Shown: in pieces, positions 11,984 to 25,508 of the stretch
How positions within the stretch are numbered: the stretch's first letter is position 1
Layout of the letters: the number at the start of each line of letters is the position of its first letter
Assembly: GCA_951406725.2 (NCBI GenBank)
Contig: OX597818.1
Location: 31,806,001-31,870,000, forward strand
DNA length: 64,000 bases
Origin: Octopus vulgaris
Lineage: Eukaryota
Direction of reading: 5' to 3'
Made by a program: the position numbers and the translations under genes
Notes under the pieces: model-generated
Seen by the model: the letters and a program-made list of their open reading frames with translations, nothing else
Told to the model about the DNA's origin: nothing
Databases searched by the model: none

Positions 11984-12482
11984 CCTGCTCATCCCACACA
12001 CAACGAACGCACACAAGTTAAAAAGCGCCAAGTATTTCAATCGCGGTTTCACTGCAGCTGTACAAGCAAGCCACACCGTCTACAACACCTGGACGAAGTC
12101 ACCCGTCATTACTGGCTTGAGACGTATACCTTTAAGTACAACACCTGTAAAATATGCTTCAAGAAAAGAAAATAACATACTGTTTCCTCACCAACTAATT
12201 TTGCAGACTTCGTCTACCAGCAAAATTACTCAGAAAGTAGACATTTTGTTCATAAAGTTAGGGTATTACGTATAAGCTAACGAATAATTCTCTCCGTGGT
12301 ATCTCACTATGTTTGAAGTAGCAGTCAATTCTATCTCAGACTACACACACAACTATTTTCAAGTAGAAGGTAAAAGTTAGTGTGACTGTTCTAGATATAC
12401 GTGTTCTGAAATAAAGTTATTCTTTAATTCTGAGATAAAGTCATTCTTTATACAAGCTTGAACATAATAACCATGCAGCTGT

Positions 12483-12897
12483 AAGGCAGCGAGCTGGCAG
12501 AATCGTTAGCACGCAGGGCGAAATGCGTAGCCGTATTTCGTCTGCCGTTACGTTCTGAGTTCAAATTCCGCCGAGGTCGACTTTGCCTTTCATCATTTCG
12601 GGGTCGATAAATTAAGGACCAGTTACGCACTGGGGTCAATATAATCAACGTAATCCGTTTGTCTGTCCTTGTTTGTCCTCTCTGTGTTTAGCCCCTTGTG
12701 GGTAGTAAAGAAATAGGTATTTCGGCTGCCGTTACGTTCTGAGTTCAAATTCCGCTTAGGTCGACCTTGCCTATTATCCTTTCGGGGTCGATAAATTAAG
12801 TACCAGTTACGCACTGAGGTCGATGTAACCGGCTTAAGCCCTTTGTCTGTCCTTGTTTTCCCCTCTGTGTTAGCCCCCTGTGGGCAATAAAGAAATA
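12483..12897 (+). mobile_element. Head-to-tail dimer of tRNA-derived SINE family B (Meta-domain-like) with TSD
   Basis: GAGCTGGCAGAA head, GTTCAAATTC B box, GCCTTTCATC.TTTCGGGGTCGATAAATTAAG domain twice; TSD AATAAC(C)ATGCAGCTGT at 12466-12482 and 12898-12913. Confidence 0.9.
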
Positions 12898-13130
12898 AAT
12901 AACATGCAGCTGTCCTTTGGGTAAATAACGAAACCACAACAAATGCATTTTCTAATCGTTTTCGAGGGGAAATTTTTAAAATATCATTTTAAAAAAATGA
13001 TCTAAGTAATGATTAAGTAATATTGCATTTATTCATTATTCCATATTTCGTTTTTCTTTTTTTATTAAACGCAGGGTTAATATCAGATTCGAAAGAGTCA
13101 GTACAAGTTTGATTTTTGAGGTTTTTTGAG

Positions 13131-13197
<67 letters not shown>

Positions 13198-13200
<3 letters not shown>

Positions 13201-13616
13201 ACAGTCTAGACGAAGAGCGCGATTCGATTGTAAGATATTTTATTGAATGATATTTCAACAATACGTCTGTCATTGTCAAATTTAAAATAAGAAGTGATAA
13301 GGTTCTTTCCCTATTGGCAAGAAATCTTGAAATAAAACAATAAAACTGTACAATGACATACTTACATACTTATATACATACGTAGATACATACCACTCAT
13401 ACATATATATACATGCATATTACATACATACATAACGAATAAAATATTAATATACACATACAAGCTTAAATATATATAAGTGAAAATAATTTTGGTAATT
13501 TTGAATGTTTATCACTTCTTATTTTGAACTTGACAAAGACAGACGTACTATTGAAATATCGTTCAACTAAAAAAATCGTCTTACAATCGAATCGCGCTCT
13601 TCGTCTTGACGGTTTA
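13198..13616. mobile_element. Old foldback/MITE-like element with ~100-bp imperfect inverted arms (13198-13300 / 13509-13616)
   Basis: GACGAAGAGCGCGATTCGATTGTAAGA...AAGAAGTGATAA versus its reverse complement; (TAT)n on both sides. Confidence 0.7.
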
Positions 13617-13648
13617 CCTTTGTGAAGAGTTACGTCAATCTTTTTCAA

Positions 13649-13705
<57 letters not shown>

Positions 13706-13979
13706 GGAGTACCCAGACGCAAACTTTGGAATTTCTACACCCCTGAGTAATGAACGCTTAATTACACAGAATGTTTTTCATCCAGGTAACTTCACAGTGT
13801 CTGCTAAGTACACATGGCGTGATTTTTTTTGTACTAGACCAACCTAGTATTTATAACTACTGCAAATATGCACCAATCGATATACAAGTACATACATACA
13901 TACATGCATATATACATAAATGCATGCATACATACATACATACATACATACATACATACACACACACACATACATACAT

Positions 13980-14010
<31 letters not shown>

Positions 14011-14068
14011 TACAGACACACACATACATACATACATACATACATACATACATACATACATACATAGG

Positions 14069-14386
14069 AGCACTCCGTCGGTTACGACGACGAGGGTCCC
14101 AGCTGATACGATCAACGGAACAGCTTGCTCGTGAGAATAACGTGTAAGTGACTGAGCAATTCACAGACACGTGTACTACTAACGCACTTCTCAGATTCAG
14201 CGTGACGCAGAGTGTGACAAGGCTGACCATTTGAAATACAGGTACAACTCATTTTTGCCAGCTGAGTGGACTGGAGCCACGTGAAATAAAGTGTCTTGCG
14301 CAACGACAGAAGGCGTTACCGTGAATTGAACTCATGACCTTACAATCGTGAGTGAATGTCCTAACCACTAAGCCACACGCCTTCAC
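14069..14386 (-). mobile_element. tRNA-derived SINE, family C head/core with alternative long tail
   Basis: Tail GCACTCCGTCGGTTACGACGACGAGGG... shared with 24512, 37895 and 43608; core CAGCTGAGTGGACTGGAGC. Confidence 0.88.
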
Positions 14387-14449
14387 CTACATACATACAT
14401 ACATACATACATACATACATACATACATACATACTATCATACATACATA

Positions 14450-15010
14450 TGGAATGTATATCCTAAAATAAACTTAGAAAATCCCTGCCATGGAATACAT
14501 TCATAAACACCAAATCAAGGAATACTAGTAGAATATTCCCATCAAAACTTCTGTCAAATGTAAGCATAACAGGCCGGATATTGTTATTTGGGACAGAGGA
14601 GCAAAGGTATGTGCCTTCATAGAAGTAGCTGCCCGGCATATATAAAAATCTCTTTGAAAATCAAAGAAAAACAGTATATTTATGGACAACTGCTACGAAA
14701 CCTCCAGCTTCTATATCCAGACTATGAATTCATATTCATACCAATAATAATTGGAGCATTAGGTCTTGTTAGTAAATGCTTAAAGGAGAATCTGGATAAA
14801 CTGGGATTTTCAGAAAGAGAAATCGACCGGCTAATACATACATTACAAGTTAAATCTGTGAGTGGAACAGTAAAAATATGCAAAACTTTTCTCAAGTTAC
14901 AAATGAGAATTTGTCTGTGTTAACTACATCTCTAAAATGGAGTCTTGTATCTTTGTTGGAAACCTACTTCCTCCTCAGTGGATGATTTATAATAATTAAA
15001 AAAATAGAAG
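14450..15010 (+). mobile_element. R4/Dong-like LINE 3' fragment encoding restriction-like endonuclease (frameshifted)
   Basis: KHNRPDIVIWDRGAKVCAFIEV/SCP...KIKEKQYIYGQLLRNLQLLYPDYEFIFIPIIIGALG...SGTVKICKTFLK, a PD-(D/E)xK-type RLE C-terminus. Confidence 0.88.
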
Positions 15011-15027
15011 ATACATACATATATACA

Positions 15028-15112
15028 ATTATGAAGGAGCCTTGGATCTAGGTAAAAAAAATGGGTCTTTTCATATTGGCAAGAAATCTTGAAGTAAAAC
15101 TGCACAATGGCA
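15028..15112 (+). mobile_element. Short 3' end of an R4/Dong-like subfamily
   Basis: TGAAGGAGCCTTGGATCTAGGT...TTGGCAAGAAATCTTGAA matches the reverse complement of 8485-8560. Confidence 0.7.
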
Positions 15113-15177
15113 TACTTACATACTTATATACATACGTAGATACATGCCATTCATAAATACATATATATATACATGCA

Positions 15178-15211
<34 letters not shown>

Positions 15212-15394
15212 CATACATACATGCATACATACATACATACATACATACATACATAACAAATAAAATATAATTAATATATACATACAAACTTAAATATAAA
15301 TACATATATATACATATATATAACTGTAAATATCTATATATATGTAAGTATACATATACACATACGCATATACATACATATATACATATATGTC

Positions 15395-15660
15395 AACTTC
15401 GACAAATTTCTTCTACTATAGCCTCGGGCCAACGCAAATTGAAAGAAGCCCGTCGTAAATATATATAAATATATAAATGTGTGTGTGTGTGTTTGTGTGT
15501 CTGTGTTTGTCCCCCCAACATCGCTTGACAACCGATAGAATAAGTACTAGGCTTACAAAGAATAAGTCCTGGGGGTCGATATGCTCGAATAATGGCCGCA
15601 CTCCAGCATGGCCACAGTCAAGTGACTGAAACAAGTAAAAGAGTAAAAAGAGTAAAGAGT
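15395..15660 (+). mobile_element. 5'-truncated SINE family A
   Basis: CTTCTACTATAGCCTCGGGCC...CAGCATGGCCACAGTCAAGTGACTGAAACAAGTAAAAGAG. Confidence 0.85.
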
Positions 15661-15694
15661 ATATACTTACATATATACATATATACATACATAT

Positions 15695-15930
<236 letters not shown>

Positions 15931-15931
15931 A

Positions 15932-15982
<51 letters not shown>

Positions 15983-16033
15983 GCATATACATACATATAA
16001 TAATGTGTGTGTGCACGTATGTGTATGTTTGTT

Positions 16034-16069
<36 letters not shown>

Positions 16070-16871
16070 TTATTCACTCAGATGTAGGCACAGGTCGGTG
16101 GTTTAATTAGATAAAGCTCAACAAACATATGATATTTTCTGGATAATTATATCCTGCATGCTAGAATATACGATGACAAAGAGTTTGATACTAAATCTGG
16201 ACATGTATATTTTCTGCCAAAGTTTGCAAATTTATTGGATGTCTCATAGGAATCTACGGAATATTCTCAGATTGATCTTTATTCGGAACATCAAAGGATT
16301 TTTCTCTATAGTTTATATGACTAGAATTTCGGTATAGATGTACGCAGTTTGACATTTCATTTGTAATTTTCAAGAGTCGTATGCGCTTTTGTAGGGTCTT
16401 GCATGCTCATGTACAAAGAAACACTCTCACACATACGCAAGCACATACAAATATATATATGTACTCCTACACACGAAAGCATACACACACACACACACAC
16501 ACACCCACACACACACACACACAAATACAGACATACACATATGAAATTAGATAGTCTTACATACATATAGAAACATATGCACACACATAAGTGAAGGCAA
16601 ACACGCACATATCTATGTGTGCGTGCATGAGTGCTTGTCTATGTTAGTGTATATATATGTGTATGTGTGAGTGTGTGCGTGTGTGTGTGGTGTATAATAA
16701 GTATTTGAGGCAAGAAGGAAACGATCAATTACCATACAATGGTTCTTATAGTTTATTAGTTTGCATTATCGAAAGGGGATAACAGAAATATCGCTGCACC
16801 TGTCTAGATCATTTACCGTTTCTTCTATCAATGTTGCTCGTTCAAACGTTATCAGTGACCTTTCCCCTATT

Positions 16872-16925
<54 letters not shown>

Positions 16926-16929
16926 AATA

Positions 16930-17143
16930 CAACGGGGTGCTTGAAGGTTCCTGGCTCTGTGGATGTAGCTCTGGTTAGAGGCTCAAGCTTCTGAGTTCTT
17001 TCACAGGGCTTAGAAGAAAGTAAAAGACCGTTGCAATAAGTGTGTGAACCTGAGAGGGGGAATATATTGATTATAAATAATGATTAACTGATCCTCTTGT
17101 ATTTTCTTTTACCCGAATTTAGGAACTTTTCAACACTCCCGCG
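16930..17143 (+). mobile_element. Mariner-derived MITE
   Basis: Degenerate TIRs; plus strand reads KVKDRCNKCVNLRG (mariner C-terminus) near 17018-17060. Confidence 0.72.
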
Positions 17144-17171
17144 TGTATATATATATATATATATATATATA

Positions 17172-17331
17172 CGGAGATGTACTCGCATAGCAAGTAATTT
17201 GATCTGAGATCGTGTGCTGAAACGAAAACAATTGCAGCGTGGAAGGTGTTTATAAGCCATTTAAGAAACACACAAAAGCCGTTCGATTCACTCCAACATT
17301 TAAGTTTAATTTGTCAAAATATTTTCGTCGC

Positions 17332-17335
<4 letters not shown>
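17172..17335 (+). mobile_element. TA-embedded dispersed repeat (second copy 23744-23808)
   Basis: CGGAGATGTA.T.GCATAGCAAGT.ATTTGATCTGAG...AACAATTGCAGC at both sites. Confidence 0.7.
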
Positions 17336-17397
<62 letters not shown>

Positions 17398-17510
17398 TTG
17401 TTATCGCCATATTAATACGGCATTCTTATAGATATAAGAATAATCGCTGCCATGGTCAGCTCCATGAGGCCACCGCCATCAAGATAGCTATTGATACACG
17501 ATCTGTATCC

Positions 17511-18180
<670 letters not shown>

Positions 18181-18359
18181 ATATATATATAGATAGATAT
18201 ATATATATAGATATAGTAAATCCAAAAACGGAAAAACAAACCCACAAAAAAAATACACATCGCGAGGACGTAGTACATGTAAAGTATTATCAATTAGCAG
18301 ACGCTCAGGGAAGGAAAGAAAGATGGTTTAACGTTTCGAGCAACGTTCTTATATATACA

Positions 18360-18621
18360 TGTATGTGTGTGTGTCCGCATGTGTGTGTCTGTATGTGTCT
18401 GTGTGTGTATGTATGTATGTATGTATGTATGTATGTATGTATGTATGTATGTATGTATGTATGTATGTATGTATGTATGTATGTGTATGTATGTATGTAT
18501 GTATGCATGTATGTATGTATGTATGTGTGTATGTATATATGTATGTATGTATGTGTGTATGTATATATGTATATATGTATGTATGTATGTATGTATGTTT
18601 GTGTGTGTGTATGTATATATG

Positions 18622-18657
<36 letters not shown>

Positions 18658-18785
18658 TGTATGTATGTATGTGTGTATGTATATATGTATATATTTATGT
18701 ATGTATGTATGTATGTATGTATGTATGTATGTATGTATGTGTGTGTGTATGTATATATGTATATATGTATGTATGTATGTATGTA
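18360..18785. repeat. (TATG)n compound microsatellite
   Basis: Directly visible. Confidence 0.96.
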
Positions 18786-19029
18786 CGGTCATAAGGTCTT
18801 CATTTCGATTCCTTAACATGGTGGTGCGTAGTTATTTGGTTAAGGCACTTCATTTGATGTTCGTTCTTCTAGTCTGCTCAGCTGAAAATGAGAACTAGCA
18901 TCAGTTGCCTCTCCCGTAAGTTCACCTAATGGCAAAAATGGTAAGTGCCAAGAGAGTTCCTATGTCTGCTTCGGACTGAAGATACTGAAAACAGTAAGTG
19001 AAAGCATGGGATATGCTTTCCCGTCACAT

Positions 19030-19248
19030 CCGATTGCGAGAAGTTTGCTTCCCAACTACATCATTTCGCGTTCAGTCCCTCTGCGAGGCAGTTCGCACAA
19101 GTGACGTCTGCTATAGCCTCGGGTCAACCAAAACCTTGTGGGTGGATTTGGTGGGCGGAAACTAAAAGAGGTCCGTCATATATATATATACATACATACA
19201 TACATACATACACATATATATATATATTTATACACACATATATGTATA

Positions 19249-19289
<41 letters not shown>

Positions 19290-19904
19290 ACGCACATCTG
19301 TGTTTTTGTGTCTCTGCGTTTCCCCCAACTCCATCACTTGATAATCGGTTCTGTTGTGCTTGTGTGTCATTAACATAGCGGTTCGGTAAGATAAACCGAT
19401 AAAATGAATGTCAGCCTTTACAACGTAAGTAATGGAGTTGATTCCTTCGACTCAAAATTCTTCAAAGTGGTCTCCCAGCATGGCCGCACTCTAATGACCG
19501 AAACAAGTAAAAGGAAAGATAAAAGAAGGTGTATAGGCGTAAGAGAGTGGCTGTGTGGTAAGTAGCTTGCATACGAACCACATGGTTCCGGGTTCAGTCC
19601 CACTGCGTGGCCCCAGCCTTATGAGTGGATTTGGTAGACAGAAACTGAAAGAAGCCCGTCGTATATATGTATATATATATATATGTATGTGTGTGTATAT
19701 GTTTGTGTGTTTGTGTTTGTTCCCCAACAGCATTTGACAACCGATGCTGGTGTGTTTATGTCCCTGTAACTTAACGGTTTGGCAAAGGGGGCCAATAGAA
19801 TAAGTACTAGGTTTAGAAAGTATAAGTCCTGGGGTCGATTTGCTCGACTAAAGGCGGTGATCCAGTATCGCCACAGTCAAATGACTGAAACAAGTAAAAA
19901 AGAG

Positions 19905-19905
<1 letters not shown>
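19030..19905 (+). mobile_element. Two adjacent SINE family A copies (19030-19520 older; 19535-19905)
   Basis: Two heads (TTCAGTCCC.CTGCG) and two tails (GAAACAAGTAAAA). Confidence 0.85.
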
Positions 19906-19943
<38 letters not shown>

Positions 19944-19981
19944 ATGTATGAATGTATGTATGCATTATGAATCTGTGTGTA

Positions 19982-20132
<151 letters not shown>

Positions 20133-20547
20133 ATAAAATGTAACAAATCGTGTTAGAATGTGATTATTGATATTTTACTTAAACTGCTGCAAGGCAATAA
20201 ACATTTTTAGATGAATCAGTTGCTTTTCGCTGAAGCCTTATGAAAGGGAAAGATAAAAGAAAAGAAATGAAAAGAAGCATAGTAAACTCATATGCTAGTA
20301 AATATAATAGTTTCTAGAATATCATATGACGAATACGATGCTTTTGGTTACAGAAAAGCTTTGAATCTACAGGTATGTCATTTGCTAAACATATTTCCGT
20401 GCGGCTTTAACGCTGCTTGCAATTAGACTCAACAGCAAGGCATACCTTTCATTGACTTGAAGTACTGTGAGTATGCTGAGTGCATTTATATACACACAAA
20501 CATATACGTACATGCATGCATACATACTCATACATACATAATACATA

Positions 20548-21325
20548 CATTTCCAGGAACAGGAGATTGCCACAAAGTACCTGGTGAATAAGTAGAGACA
20601 GTGACGCTCTAGTAATCCCAAGGTGCAACCGTACGTGTAGGCTATGTCATGTTTCTGTGGAAGACATTACGCATGTGATTAGCAGTTGTGCTAAAATGTC
20701 ATCACGGTACTACCTTCCTATGTGGCACGGTGTTGTTGCTAAAACAATTTACAATGCCATCCTCAAAGAAAACTGTCCTGCAATAAACTTAGAAAATCCC
20801 TGTTATGGAATACATTCACAAACACCAACTCAAAGAATACTGATGGAATATTCCTATCAAAACTTCTGTCAAATGTAAGCATAACACGCCCGATATTGTT
20901 CTTTGAGACTGAGGGGCAAAGGTATGGACCATCATAGAGGTCAGCTGCTTTGCAGATATATATATATAAGATCAAACAAAAGGAGAATATCTATGGACAA
21001 CTGCTTTCAAACCCCCAGCTTCTATATCCAGACTATGAATTCATATTCATACCAATAATAATTGGAGCACTAGGTCTTTTTAGTAAAGCTTAAAGGAGAA
21101 TCTGAAGAAACTGGGATTTTCAGAAAGAGAAATTGATCGGCTGATTCGTACATTACAAGTGCAAATTTTGAGTGAAACTGTAAAAATATGCAAAACTGTT
21201 TTCAAGTTCCAAATGAGAATTTGTCTGTGTTAACTACATCCCAAAAATGGAGCTTGTATCTTTGTTGGAAACCGACTCTCTCCTCAGTGGAAGATTTATA
21301 ATAATTAAGAAACAGAAAAAAACAT
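20548..21325 (+). mobile_element. R4/Dong-like LINE 3' fragment (CCHC knuckle plus RLE), decayed
   Basis: QEQEIATKYL, CRLCHVSVEDITHVISSC (C-x2-C-x8-H-x4-C), HNTPDIV; DNA closely similar to 14450-15010; flanked by (CATA)n. Confidence 0.88.
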
Positions 21326-21417
21326 ACATACATACATACATACATACGTATATATGTATAGATGCATAACGTATATACATACATATATATATATATTTGT
21401 AGATATGCAGTTACCAT

Positions 21418-21690
21418 TAGGCGAAGCTTGTGGCTTAGCGGTTGGGGTGTTCTACACATGATCGTAGGTATGTTTCGATTCTTGTAACGGATAATGCGTT
21501 GTATACTTTGAGCAAGCTACTTCATTTAACGTTGCTTCATCTTCTCAATTGGCAGAAATGAATGATTAGTCGACGGAACAGCGTACCGTCCAGGGGAGAA
21601 ATATACATACCACAGACTCCGTAAACCACACCACAGAATCCGTAAACATGCCACAGAATCCGTAAAGCTTATCGCTTGGGAAGGACCTTT
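21418..21690 (+). mobile_element. Decayed SINE family C with a 3x ~20-bp tandem (CCACAGAATCCGTAAAC) in the tail
   Basis: TGGCTTAGCGG...TTTCGATTC head; tandem at 21610-21666. Confidence 0.72.
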
Positions 21691-21765
21691 GATTTCTGGG
21701 TTTTTTTTTGTTGTTTGCTTTTTTTTTTATCATTGCTATCATCTATTTATATTCTGAATCAATTA

Positions 21766-21980
21766 AGCGGCGATCTGGCAGACCAGTTAAACACACCGGA
21801 CAAAATGCTTATCGGCATTTTGTTGGTCTTTACGTTCTGAGTTCAAACTCCGCCGGAGGTCGACTTTGCCTATCATTCTTTCGGGGTCGATAAAATAACT
21901 AGTTGCACACTGGGATCGGTGTAATCGACTTGTCCACTCCTCCAAAATTGCCGGCCTTGTGTCAAAATTTGAAATCAATA
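21766..21980 (+). mobile_element. SINE family B monomer
   Basis: TACGTTCTGAGTTCAAACTCCGCCGGAGGTCGACTTTGCC...TCGGGGTCGATAAAAT. Confidence 0.85.
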
Positions 21981-22667
21981 TTCTAAATCATTAAATCTGT
22001 GGTATTAGATTTTTGGTTATAAGCTTCTTTCATTTTGCATCTGGGCGATGTTATCACCCTAAATTTGTGATTTGAGGCATATTATTTTCGCCGTCCTGTT
22101 TCGAATCCACCGCAAACAGATACTGGATTTACATATTTCTTAGATCCGAGTGTAGCTGCAATTCTTTAAATTCTTATTTTAAATTCCTCCAGTGTTTGCT
22201 CCGCCTTTCAGTATTCGGTAATCGATATCAGAAATACCAGTCAACAAACTGATTTATTCCATATTCATATTTTCAATGCATTTTCATCAGTGGATTACGT
22301 AGAGAAACACATTAAATCTCCATAAATCAGTTCTTCAAACCCGTCCAACATGCGCCTTTATCATAACATAACAGTTCTTCGTATCATTAAGTCAACAGGT
22401 TTTTAGGGATCTCCTGAGAGATAATGCATCTGGAGAGTAACATATTTATCACGTAAAGTGTCAAGCCAACAGCACAGAGTTTTACCTTGATAAATGCGCG
22501 CGCGTGTATATAGATAGATAGAGTTATGTATATATATATATATATATTAATTTATTATATAGAAGGAGCTTCTACAGGACTAGAACTGTTTCATTCAAGA
22601 GAAATCATTCAAGAGAATGTATTGAGTACCTTATTTACTGTGGTTAACCCCGAATCAACCCGGGACC

Positions 22668-22711
<44 letters not shown>

Positions 22712-22736
22712 CATATATACATATATACATATATAT

Positions 22737-22824
<88 letters not shown>

Positions 22825-22879
22825 AATTAGGGAATAAATATATATATACGTACATACATATATATTTATTCTTTTTTTA

Positions 22880-23330
22880 AGCCATCCTTATCAAAATACA
22901 GCCTTAGATGATCAGGTTATCTTTCACGTACGAGAGATATCAAAATTCCGAAGCAACTTTTCTTTGGCCAATTGCGCTTCAAGCTAAACGACAATCAGAA
23001 GCGATGCAACATTCCCTCTTCTCCTTGGGAAAACAAAACATCAGAACGCAGGAGCTGATGCCAGCCCTGCTTCTTCTCAGTTCAAAAATCTGAGCAAAGC
23101 CGGGATCAACTTCGTGCAAGTATGAATGCACACTGGCAAAACGCTGCACCTCTAAATGGAAACCTTACTTGTCATTGTGGTTTTGTAGCACGAAGCAAAG
23201 CAGGCCTTGCCGCCCACTCGAGAAAACACGTAAGAAATGATCCACAAGCAAATTGAGTCCGCAACTTGTTCCATTTGCCAAAAGGTTTTACAAGGCATCA
23301 GCAGGCCTCAAGACACATTCCTATAGAGCA
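22880..23330 (+). mobile_element. Decayed RTE-clade (BovB-like) LINE 3' end
   Basis: Remnant peptides LR*SGYLSR..KIPKQL and TCHCGFVARSKAGLAAHSRKH (C-terminal C2H2-like motif). Confidence 0.65.
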
Positions 23331-23419
23331 TGATTAACGTATCTATAGAGCATGATTAACGATTTATTTTACTGTATCTTCATTTCTCGTTCACGACAAG
23401 AGAATCCATCATATATATA

Positions 23420-23662
23420 TTTATTTCGTTTTTGGATTTGGTTTGCAAGATTTTTTATATGAGTTCGTGTGTTGAAGCATATTCTGTTGTATCTGGGGAG
23501 AGTCATTTTCTTTTTAGCCTTATAATTTAACACACCCACCGGTAAAATTTCCACTTATTTCTTATTTTCATTTTCCTAAAATTTTTGTTGCATCTTGCAA
23601 CCTTTTCAGTAGTCTTACATTATAAGGCACAAAAAGAAACTGACTCTCCGCAGATACAACAG
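23420..23662 (-). mobile_element. TA-embedded element with ~43-bp imperfect inverted tail (23484-23526 / 23619-23662)
   Basis: CTGTTGTATCTGGGGAGAGTCA...GCCTTATAAT versus ATTATAAGGC...TGACTCTCCGCAGATACAACAG. Confidence 0.6.
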
Positions 23663-23682
23663 TATATCTATCTATCTATCTA

Positions 23683-23732
<50 letters not shown>

Positions 23733-23809
23733 TATATGTATTACGGAGATGTAGTTGCATAGCAAGTGATTTGATCTGAGTGTGCCGAAACAAAAACAAT
23801 TGCAGCATG

Positions 23810-23874
<65 letters not shown>

Positions 23875-23908
23875 ATGTATATATATATATGTGTGTATAT
23901 ATACATGC

Positions 23909-23975
<67 letters not shown>

Positions 23976-24511
23976 TGTGTGTATTTTATGTAAGTATTTT
24001 TTCGTAGCTGTAAGTATTAGCCTCTGTTGCACCAGTGGTATGCTACGAGAAGTTTTCAGCTTTTTTTTAAAAAAAAACACTTTATTTATCTTAATTTTCA
24101 GCGTCAGAAAAATAGTATTCATTTCTGAACGTTCTTAATAACAATATGGCGTCATCCCACTTTTGTTCGTTAGTACATTGTCACTGATACTTTTAGATTA
24201 GTTCATCAAACTAAAAGTGATTGCTAAGTCGACTTTACCATTTTCACCTTAACCTTTAACACACTGTAGGTGCATCATTTCACCATACGCGTTTCCACCC
24301 GGGGATATAGTTCTAGAGAAAATGCAGTATACTAAAAGTTAAATAATAAGGTGTTATTATAACTGTTATCTTAATCCATCTTTATATAGGCCTGATTTTT
24401 TTTATATATTAGCCTGAATATTTATATTAGTGTGAGAAGCAAAGACGTAATTAAAATGTGTGTCCAATGGTGTGGAGCTATATTTTTTAGTTTTTTTTTT
24501 TTTTTTTTTAG

Positions 24512-24790
24512 AAGCACTCCGTCGGTTACGACGACGAGGGTTCCGGTTGATCCGAATCAACGGAACAGCCTGCTCGTGAAATTAACGTGTAAGTGGCTGA
24601 GCACTCCACAGACACGTGTACCCTTAACGTAGTTCTCGGGGATATTCAGCGTGACACAGAGAGTGACAAGACCGGCCCTTTGAAATACAGGTACAACAGA
24701 AACAGGAAGTAAGAGTGAGAGAAAGTTGTGGTGAAAGAGTACAGCAGGGATCACCACCATCCCCTGCCGGAGACTCGTGGAGCTTAGGTG
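24512..24790 (-). mobile_element. SINE, family D body with the long tail also used by family C
   Basis: 24512-24695 matches 14069-14248; 24700-24790 matches the reverse complement of 17995-18075; poly-T at 24492-24509. Confidence 0.85.
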
Positions 24791-25021
24791 GAGCTATATA
24801 ATCGACTGCTTACGTCTCATGCATTTGTTGCTTTGTGGCTATGTAAGAAAGTGATATGATTTATAACCCTTCTATGTTCTCATCCTCTCAAAAGTCTATG
24901 CTTGCTCTGGAGGAACTTGTGACCGGAGCAAAAATTGTGTATAATTTAAAGTTAGATCTAAAACAAACAAAAACAATGATGGTCTATAGCGGATAAAGAA
25001 ATAAGAAAAATGTACATATAT

Positions 25022-25438
25022 AGGCGCAGGAGTGGCTGTGTGGTAAGTAGCTTGCTAACCAACCACATGGTTCCGGGTTCAGTCCCACTGCGTGGCATCT
25101 TGGGCAAGTGTCTTCTGCTATAGTCCCGGGCCGACCAATGCCTTGTGAGTGGACTTGGTAGACAGAAACTGAAAGAAGCCTGTCGTATATATGTATATAT
25201 ATATATATGTGCGTGTGTATATGTTTGTGTGTCTGTGTTTGTCCCCCTAGCATTGCTTGACAACCGATGCTGGTGTGTTTACGTCCCCGTTACTTAGCGG
25301 TTCGGCAAAAGAGACCGATAGAATAAGTACTGGGCTTACAAAGAATAAGTCCCGGAGTCGATTTGCTCGACTAAAAACAGGCGGTGCTCTAGCATGGCCG
25401 CAGTCAAATGACTGAAACAAGTAAAAGAGTAAAAGAGT
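25022..25438 (+). mobile_element. Full-length, young-looking SINE family A
   Basis: Complete head to tail; shares diagnostic positions with 47315-47730. Confidence 0.93.
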
Positions 25439-25508
25439 ATATTTCTTCAAGTATTCAAAAGCCAATGTTTTCTACGGATATGATATTTTCAATATTAGTA
25501 CACAATCT

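Noticed and set aside
22255-22295. Minus-strand CTGATGA...GAAA match; similar weak hits near 37112-37140, 39240-39255 and 57633-57655
   Set aside because: Stem II or III absent, or no GAAA; expected by chance in AT-rich DNA.
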